A DNA stretch of 37,678 nt from a virus, in IMG/VR virus record IMGVR_UViG_3300046747_000386, positions 1 to 37,678 of that record. One strand, 5' to 3'. The notes beneath the pieces were generated by a model, which worked only from the letters and a program-made list of their open reading frames with translations, had not been told where the DNA came from and searched no databases. Positions within the stretch are counted from its first letter, which is position 1. Each line of letters begins with the position of its first letter. A program made the position numbers and the translations under genes. Of this stretch, positions 32,363-37,678 are shown piece by piece.

Positions 32363-32487
32363 TCCCGCTCGCCCACCCCAGCGTCAGTGCAGGTCTGCAC
32401 GTGCACAGCCTGCTGCGAGCCCGGCAGCGCGATCGCCGTCGTGCAGCCCGCCAGCATGACCAGCACAAGCGCGGCGAGCCTTGCCAT
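32359..32487 (-). CDS. Candidate 42-aa lipoprotein MARLAALVLVMLAGC|TTAIALPGSQQAVHVQTCTDAGVGERD
   Basis: Tail of track ORF 32359..32697. The ATG at 32487 shares 1 nt with the tailspike stop. Canonical L-A-G-C lipobox. Confidence 0.5.
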   Translation of the reverse strand: MARLAALVLVMLAGCTTAIALPGSQQAVHVQTCTDAGVGERD

Positions 32488-34124
32488 CACGCGGCCGCAG
32501 CTGCTTCCACGCTCGCCTGCGCATAGGCCAAGGCGGCGTCCATCTTCGGACACTGCCTGGGCGAGGCGTCGAGCTCGTCGTCCAGGTCCTCCATCCAGCC
32601 CCAGCAGCCGAAGTGGCTGTACTCGCTTACGAGCGTGTAGAGGCAGAGCGGCCCATCGAAGTGCGCTCCGTTGCCGAACAGGTAAGCGAGCATGCAAGCG
32701 AACATGCCCTTGTGGCGGTTCACGGCCTTGATCTTGGCCTGCACCGCCGTGTTCCCGCTGTCCCAGTAGTAGAGGTGCTGACCGCCCTCGTACATCGCGA
32801 AGCCGAGGTTACGCGCCTTCGCCTGCTGCTTGTTGCGCTGCACTTCAGCCAGCACAGCCGGGATGTCCACGCGAAGCATCGCCGTCAGAATGTCGGTCTC
32901 GCTCTTGCTGGCGAAGCCAGGATCGTCCGCGCGCTCGCCTGAGATGTACGGCGCCGTGGCGAGGTAGTCAGCGTGCTCATAAGCCGCGTCGCCGTCTGTG
33001 TAGAGGCCGATCGTGGATGGGTAGTCGAGCAGGATGTCGATGCGCGCGTCGAAGCCAGTCTGGCTCGCCAGCACATGCTTGACGCGCGCATCGCTGCCGC
33101 CGAAGGCCTCGACAAACTTTTCGCGCGCGTACCTGCCCATCATGGCCTGGAAGCCAAAGCGCGAGTCGTACGTGTCGGGGAAGCCTGCGTCGATCGCGCG
33201 CGCGAGCACATTGCGGCCGTTGCTGAACGCATCGTTCCACAGCTCGTTACCGAACTCGAGATAGGCCTTGAGCGGCGCGTCGAGCTTCTCCGCGACGAGC
33301 TCGGCCGCGCCGTCGATCCAGCTCGTCTCGGCCTGCTCAGGGATGTTGAGCCAGAGATCAGACTTGTTCAGGTTGCACACTGCGATGATGTGCTCGAGCG
33401 CAGGCCCCTTGGCGCCGCCCTGGATGGCGTAGTCCGGCTTGACGCGGTCCGTCCAGGTCGAGGTCGTGTTGTAGGGCGAGCCGACGTCGTTGATGCGGAA
33501 CGTGTCCATGAAGCGCAGCGCCTGGAACGGCTTCAGCGCCTTCGCCAGCGCGGCGTGAATGAGCACGGTCGCGTGGTCTTGCTCGTGTGCAATGGGCACG
33601 ATCACCAGGTTCGTGACTGGGTCGCTGCGCTCGGAGCGCACGATGACGAGGCCCACGCGGTCCTCGTCGCTGCCCTCGAGGTCGAGCAGGTAGCGATTGC
33701 GCGTGTGGCTGACGATGCGCCCGCCGAAGTCGACCGCGAGCTCGCCGTCGCCCTCGAACGTCGCGACGTACTCGCCCTTCGCCGGGATGCGCGCCTGAAA
33801 GCCTGCGTACGTGCCGCTGCCCGCCTCGACCTCGACCGGATAGCCGTCCGGGCGCAGGGGGATGCGGTCGCCGCCTCCGTAGCCCCAGTCGCCCACCTGC
33901 ATGCGCAGGTCGAGGAAGATGCCGCAGATCGGGTCGAAGTAGTTCAGCTGGGGAATGTTGACCGAGAGTCCAGACTGCCCACGCTCGGCGGGAGGCTCGG
34001 GCTCTGGCTCTGGCTCGGGTGGCGGCTCTTCGTCGACTGGCTCGTACTCGCCTGCGAAGGCGAGTTTGTTCGCGTCGTCGTCGACCGAGAGTACGCCTGT
34101 CACGTTCCACTTTGTGTCAGCCAT
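32487..34124 (-). CDS. Tail spike/fibre with C-terminal clan GH-A-like (TIM-barrel) glycosidase domain, 545 aa
   Basis: ORF track. N-terminal ~45 aa followed by an EEPPPEPEPEPEPPAE linker. LEFGNELWN (acid/base N-E motif) and FAMYEGGQH (candidate nucleophile Glu). Confidence 0.6.
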   Translation of the reverse strand: MADTKWNVTGVLSVDDDANKLAFAGEYEPVDEEPPPEPEPEPEPPAERGQSGLSVNIPQLNYFDPICGIFLDLRMQVGDWGYGGGDRIPLRPDGYPVEVEAGSGTYAGFQARIPAKGEYVATFEGDGELAVDFGGRIVSHTRNRYLLDLEGSDEDRVGLVIVRSERSDPVTNLVIVPIAHEQDHATVLIHAALAKALKPFQALRFMDTFRINDVGSPYNTTSTWTDRVKPDYAIQGGAKGPALEHIIAVCNLNKSDLWLNIPEQAETSWIDGAAELVAEKLDAPLKAYLEFGNELWNDAFSNGRNVLARAIDAGFPDTYDSRFGFQAMMGRYAREKFVEAFGGSDARVKHVLASQTGFDARIDILLDYPSTIGLYTDGDAAYEHADYLATAPYISGERADDPGFASKSETDILTAMLRVDIPAVLAEVQRNKQQAKARNLGFAMYEGGQHLYYWDSGNTAVQAKIKAVNRHKGMFACMLAYLFGNGAHFDGPLCLYTLVSEYSHFGCWGWMEDLDDELDASPRQCPKMDAALAYAQASVEAAAAA

Positions 34125-34136
34125 GGTCTTACCCCT

Positions 34137-34652
34137 CTAAGGTGTTGTGCGGTCCCGGTAGCGCCGAATCGCTTGCCGGGCGCGCGGCAGCGGCGTCAGC
34201 TCGGCAATGACAGCGGCCACTGAGTCGGGGTCGTTCGCGGGCTTGCCGTCGTACACGCCATCGACCCAGCGATCGTCGAGGTAGTCGCGCAGCGGCGTGG
34301 GCAAGAGGTTGTCTTCGCGCGGTCGCGTGATGTGGATCAGCGCCGAGTCCGCGGGGATGGCCACGCCGTGCACGGTCGTGCCGAGCAGCGCGTCGAGCTG
34401 GGGCGTGAGCGGGATCAGGAGCAGCGCCACGAGCCCGACCACGACAGCCGGCTCGCACACCACGGACGGCGGCAGCCCCAGCTGCGCGCAGTACACGTCA
34501 CTCGGGATCGTGCCGAGCAGCACGCCGTTCTGCCAAAGCTCGTAAGGCACCACCACGGGGTTGCCGGCCGCGTCGAAGTAACCCGTGCCCTGGTTGAGCG
34601 CGACCCACACGCTCGTGAGGTTCGTTGGTGTGCCGACTGCGTATCGCCTCAT
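34137..34652 (-). CDS. Hypothetical tail-module protein, 171 aa with a central hydrophobic segment (PAVVVGLVALLLIPL)
   Basis: Track ORF 34137..34871 trimmed to the ATG at 34652 (ATGA overlap). Confidence 0.55.
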   Translation of the reverse strand: MRRYAVGTPTNLTSVWVALNQGTGYFDAAGNPVVVPYELWQNGVLLGTIPSDVYCAQLGLPPSVVCEPAVVVGLVALLLIPLTPQLDALLGTTVHGVAIPADSALIHITRPREDNLLPTPLRDYLDDRWVDGVYDGKPANDPDSVAAVIAELTPLPRARQAIRRYRDRTTP

Positions 34653-35443
34653 GGCGCGATCCCCGTGTCTTGCTGGATCCACTGTTGAAGGGTCGCGAGT
34701 TGCCCGGCCGTCAGGATCGGCCCGACCCACAGTGAGCGCGCGCGCATCGGCGCCCCGAACGTGCCCGCGATCGACGCGCCCCACGTGAACGTTCCTTGAG
34801 GCGCGCCGGGGTCGGGCGGCGCAAGGCTGTCGCCGCTGGCAACGAGCGCGCCCTTCTGCCGGTACGTCCATTCAGGCGTGCCCGCGCCTTCGACGTACGC
34901 ATACCCGAGGTACGTCGGCACGTTGATCGCGATCACGGCCGTGGTCGGGTTCAGCAGCGTCGCGGCGCCGTTGCCTGCGAGCCAGCGCCCGCTTGCCGCC
35001 GACGAATAGTAGAGCACGCCGCGCACCGTGCCCGTCGTGCCGTCGGTCGTGGCCGCCTGCACGAGAGAGCCCGTCACGCCTAGCGGCGTGTGCGTGTGCA
35101 CGAGCGTGCTGCCGGCGCCGCTGTGCAGATACGCCCACGCAGTCGAGACTCGATTGCTTTGATACCGCTCGACGCCCGTGAAGGTAAAGCAACGCGCGCC
35201 GCCAAAGTCCGCGTGTGGCGCAGGCACGGCGACTTGGTTCGCGCCGACCGACTGATCGAGCACGTGCGTCGCGTCGTTCCAGTCGACGATCGATCGCACC
35301 TTGCCGCTCACGCCGTCCACCACGTAGAGGTCGGCCGTGAACACGGGCCGCCCTGCGGCGAGCGCGAGCACGCTCTGAAACGGCGAGCGCGCAGAGCGGC
35401 CCATCCCGCGCCTGCCCGCACGCGCTCCGCCACGCCTCATCAT
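34649..35443 (-). CDS. Putative LamG/ConA-like jelly-roll tail protein, 264 aa
   Basis: Track ORF 34649..35965 trimmed to the ATG at 35443 (ATGATGA overlap). Beta-rich, with the C-terminal pattern FGAPMRARSLWVGPILTAGQLATLQQWI typical of LamG-type domains. This is recalled from memory and was not searched. Confidence 0.5.
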   Translation of the reverse strand: MMRRGGARAGRRGMGRSARSPFQSVLALAAGRPVFTADLYVVDGVSGKVRSIVDWNDATHVLDQSVGANQVAVPAPHADFGGARCFTFTGVERYQSNRVSTAWAYLHSGAGSTLVHTHTPLGVTGSLVQAATTDGTTGTVRGVLYYSSAASGRWLAGNGAATLLNPTTAVIAINVPTYLGYAYVEGAGTPEWTYRQKGALVASGDSLAPPDPGAPQGTFTWGASIAGTFGAPMRARSLWVGPILTAGQLATLQQWIQQDTGIAP

Positions 35444-35862
35444 TTCACTAGCACCCCTTCGCTCACGTAGAACGCGATCGTCCCGCCGGTCCCGATCCAA
35501 TTCACATGCGTCGCAGTCGGCGGCACGACCACGCTCTTCGTCTCGCCCGGCCCAAGCCGCCAGCCCGCCGCGACGCTGCCCGCCGTGAACGTGCCCTGCT
35601 GCCCGAACACGAGCGTCTGCGGTCCCGCGCTGAACGCGAAGTCGAGCGAGTTCGTGCCGTCCTCGTTCTTGACGTCGACGTACTTGCCCGCCCAGTCGAC
35701 GCGCGTGACGCCGTCCTGCATCAGACTCGTGTCGAGCGCTTCTGATGTGTTTCCCGCAGCAACGGGCCGGCGAATCACGTTGTTGCGGACGCTGCCGTCT
35801 GTGCCCTGGGCGGCGGCCATCGGCGCGAAGTACGAGCATGCTTTGGCTTGCGATACGGACAT
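35440..35862 (-). CDS. Hypothetical beta-rich virion protein, 140 aa
   Basis: ORF track. Confidence 0.6.
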   Translation of the reverse strand: MSVSQAKACSYFAPMAAAQGTDGSVRNNVIRRPVAAGNTSEALDTSLMQDGVTRVDWAGKYVDVKNEDGTNSLDFAFSAGPQTLVFGQQGTFTAGSVAAGWRLGPGETKSVVVPPTATHVNWIGTGGTIAFYVSEGVLVK

Positions 35863-35864
35863 GT

Positions 35865-37678
35865 CTATCCTCCCATCGCGCGATCTGCGCGTGTTGCGTA
35901 CTTCTGCCCTGCGCCGCTACTGCCTGACGGAGGCGAGGGTTGTTGCGCAGGCTGCACCGGCGCAAGATTCGGGTTCTGGCTCTCGGCGTTCTGCGGCTTC
36001 GGCGGGGCCTTGCGCTGCTGATACCAGTTGAGCGTCTCGGGCGTGTGCGCGCGGTCCATCGCGAGGCCCGTCGAGTACGACAGGCGCATACGCTCGCGCA
36101 CTGTGGGCGGGCGCTTCTGCTGCTTCACGCGCTGCTCGACCGCGCGCACGTACGACTCGTAGAGCCGCGGCGTGAGCGCGCGCAGCGTCTCGACGTCCTC
36201 GCGTGTGCCTGCGCCTGACGCGAGCCGCTGGAGTGCCGCCTGCGGGTTGATGGCGGCCTCGACGTAGCGCTGCGACTTCTTCTGCGTCGCCGAGTCCATG
36301 CGCCCAGGGCGCAGGCCCAGCGGGTCGCCGGGGTCGGTCGGTGGCGGCATCTTCGACGCGAGGAAGCTCGCGCGCGCCTGCACCTTCTGTTGCAGAGCTT
36401 GGGCGAGCGCGGGGTCTTCGCGGCCGAGCGTCTCGATGCTCGCGGCGAGCGCCTTCGACGGGCCGCTCTCGGGGTCCTGGAGCGCGACCGCCTGCTCCAT
36501 CGCGCGCTTGATGGCGCCTGAGCTTGCGATAGCCACGGCCGCGCGAGCCGCCTGCTTCGTGCCGCTCTGAAACACGCTGCGCACGGTGTCGTCGGCAGCC
36601 TTCTCGAGCTGCATCTGCGTGTTCGCGGCGTCGTTGGCGAGCTTTCCGAGCGGCGTCATCGGGGCTTCTCGTGCGCCGCGCCCTGCGAGCATGCCGAGCG
36701 CGTCTGCTTTCCTCACGGCGCCGGCGCCGAGGCCCATCGCGGCTTCTGCAAAGGGCACGCCCTTGAGCGCTTCTTTGGCCGACCTCCACGACTCGCTGTC
36801 GCGCTTCATCAGCGCCACGGCGTTCATGCTGCTCTCTATCTTCTCCGTGGCCTGTTTGATGCGCTGCGCGCTCTCCATCAGTTCCGGGGTGCCCCACGCG
36901 GCCGCGCGCGTCTCCGCATCGATGGACGCCGAGCGCAGGTAGCGACGCAGCGCTTCCTCCGCGCCCTCCGACTCCGCCTTGCCGAGCTGGTTCAAGAGCG
37001 AGCCGATCGCGCCGTCGTTCGAGCGCCTGAGCGCCTCGAACGGGTCCTCGGCCGCCTCACCGGAGCGCTTGAAAAACCCGCCCACGTCGCCGTCTTGCTG
37101 CCTTCGGATGCGCTCGGCCCACGCGGGGTTCACGAGCTTCTGCTTCTGCGCGAGCTCCCCGAACAGACCCTCGTCCTCCATGAAGACGCGCCAGTCTTCG
37201 TACATGTCCCGGAGCTTGCCCTTGGCCGTCGAGTTCTTGGTGCCCTGAGCCTTGCCGATCGCACGCTTCACGTCGTCCGCGACCATGTACGCCGAGCCGA
37301 GATCACCGTTCTTGAGGTGCTCAACGATCTTCTTCTCGCCTCCATTCAAGATCGACTTCGTCTGCTTGAGCACGCTCAGACCACCGCCAGACGCCAGCGC
37401 GATCTCCCCCTGCTCGCCGATGATGTCGTCGATCGCCGCCCGAGAGCGGCCCAGCATGTTGACGAACTCGGCGGGGTTTACCGGAGCGCCCTGGCCGTCG
37501 AACACCTCGGCCGCGCGCCGCTTGGCGCCGATGCTCGCGAGCGTGTCGACCTCGTCGAGGTCCTTGAGCAGCCCGTCCATGTCCTTGCGGATGGTGCGCG
37601 TGGCGCCCTGCTGCCCGCTCTCGAACGCGCCCTCGGCCGCGCGCGCCTTCGCTAGCACGTCCTGCGAAAAGCCGCGCT
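35865..37678 (-). CDS. 3' part of the wrap-around 959-aa internal/ejection-type protein (5' part at 1193..128)
   Basis: Track ORF 35865..37658. The frame stays open to the window end and joins 1..1193 through the 127-bp overlap. Helical, Ala-rich. Confidence 0.8.
   Translation of the reverse strand, partial: RGFSQDVLAKARAAEGAFESGQQGATRTIRKDMDGLLKDLDEVDTLASIGAKRRAAEVFDGQGAPVNPAEFVNMLGRSRAAIDDIIGEQGEIALASGGGLSVLKQTKSILNGGEKKIVEHLKNGDLGSAYMVADDVKRAIGKAQGTKNSTAKGKLRDMYEDWRVFMEDEGLFGELAQKQKLVNPAWAERIRRQQDGDVGGFFKRSGEAAEDPFEALRRSNDGAIGSLLNQLGKAESEGAEEALRRYLRSASIDAETRAAAWGTPELMESAQRIKQATEKIESSMNAVALMKRDSESWRSAKEALKGVPFAEAAMGLGAGAVRKADALGMLAGRGAREAPMTPLGKLANDAANTQMQLEKAADDTVRSVFQSGTKQAARAAVAIASSGAIKRAMEQAVALQDPESGPSKALAASIETLGREDPALAQALQQKVQARASFLASKMPPPTDPGDPLGLRPGRMDSATQKKSQRYVEAAINPQAALQRLASGAGTREDVETLRALTPRLYESYVRAVEQRVKQQKRPPTVRERMRLSYSTGLAMDRAHTPETLNWYQQRKAPPKPQNAESQNPNLAPVQPAQQPSPPSGSSGAGQKYATRADRAMGG
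37552..37678. repeat. Terminal direct repeat copy 2 (identical to 1..127)
   Basis: Read directly. Confidence 0.95.

Noticed and set aside
33994-34029. Hexamer-period repeat GGCTCG/GGCTCT x4-5 considered as a VNTR or regulatory repeat
   Set aside because: It lies in frame within the tailspike gene and simply encodes the PEPEPEPE inter-domain linker.
34649-35965. Long N-terminal extensions of several track ORFs (34649..35965, 34137..34871, 22899..23864, 19300..20388, 18005..18844, 18619..19209, 16577..17068, 15838..16413, 13401..13976, 25025..26206, 25822..26718, 28800..29558)
   Set aside because: The extensions overlap the upstream gene out of frame and read as Arg-rich junk. In every case an internal ATG or GTG sits exactly on the upstream stop codon (ATGA/GTGA/TGATG), and the sequence turns protein-like from that point on.
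13-37655. Numerous long ORFs in the track lying antisense to, or out of frame with, the genes called above. Examples: 13..783+, 906..1652+, 3511..4890+, 3647..4798-, 6154..7452+, 7556..8443-, 7720..9009+, 9069..10169+, 13465..14631+, 14839..16200+, 18510..19790+, 24111..25193-, 25849..26784-, 26691..27605-, 28048..29160-, 32973..34223+, 35917..36897-, 37095..37655+
   Set aside because: Their translations are dominated by Arg/Ala/Pro/Gly with almost no Lys, Asn, Ile, Phe or Tyr. This is the signature of shadow frames in ~70% GC DNA. Each overlaps a frame with normal composition, GC-rich third positions, recognisable motifs or operon-consistent start/stop coupling.
35865-37678. The 959-aa helical Ala/Gly-rich protein considered as a tape measure protein, which would make the phage a siphovirus
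   Set aside because: No major tail tube, chaperone pair with slippery site, or distal tail or baseplate hub set surrounds it. Instead it follows a 1049-aa protein and three other internal-type proteins, as in podovirus layouts. This is not excluded without profile searches.
1-37678. Looked for CRISPR arrays, DGR components (reverse transcriptase plus TR/VR repeats), retron-like msr/msd, transposase or IS ends, tRNAs and rRNAs
   Set aside because: None found by eye. There are no spaced direct-repeat arrays, no RT motifs (YxDD) in any credible frame, no long internal DNA duplications other than the 127-bp end overlap and the short intragenic repeat at 927-1187, and no cloverleaf-capable segments in the few non-coding gaps.

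Overview
The window is a complete high-GC (about 70% on the lines I hand-counted) temperate dsDNA phage genome in excised, circular form. Bases 1-127 recur exactly at 37552-37678, so the unit length is 37,551 bp and no host flanks are present. About 97% is coding, and I support about 60 genes in two transcription blocks.

(1) A roughly 27-kb minus-strand block runs from a Cro-like gene (21836) across the linearisation point to a 42-aa lipoprotein gene (32359). In order it holds tiny membrane proteins, a small NPPF methyltransferase, a replication-organiser gene with an ori-like repeat cluster, a RuvC-like resolvase, a holin and SLT endolysin, a GNAT acetyltransferase, TerS/TerL, portal, scaffold and major capsid genes. 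These are followed by adaptor-type proteins, a 1049-aa tail protein, four internal/ejection-type proteins, and fibre/spike genes including a GH-A-like glycosidase. One of the four internal proteins is a 959-aa gene split by the window ends.

(2) A plus-strand block (21963-32362) starts with a CI-like repressor and a moron pair, one member being an independently promoted lipoprotein. An early operon follows with a Cas4-like nuclease, a Sak4/AAA_24 ATPase, an SSB-like protein, excisionase, tyrosine integrase, a Cys-rich mini-protein, a 271-bp candidate attP region and Ea22-like coiled-coil accessory genes.

The structural gene order resembles T7/podovirus layouts, and I see no tape-measure, tube or sheath set, but this reading is inference. 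I found no polymerase, helicase, primase, RNAP, tRNA, CRISPR array, reverse transcriptase or transposase.

Most of the many long ORFs in the track are antisense shadow ORFs typical of high-GC DNA, and several real genes had to be trimmed to internal starts that overlap the upstream stop codon.

No single obviously new multi-gene system can be proven by eye. The best candidates for novelty are:
- the in-gene ori/microsatellite
- the TYCCTATA-box immunity switch with leaderless transcripts
- the GNAT-led block of unknown genes upstream of terminase
- the two lipoprotein morons
- the integrase / Cys-rich protein / attP arrangement
- the zinc-ribbon/nuclease gene pairs
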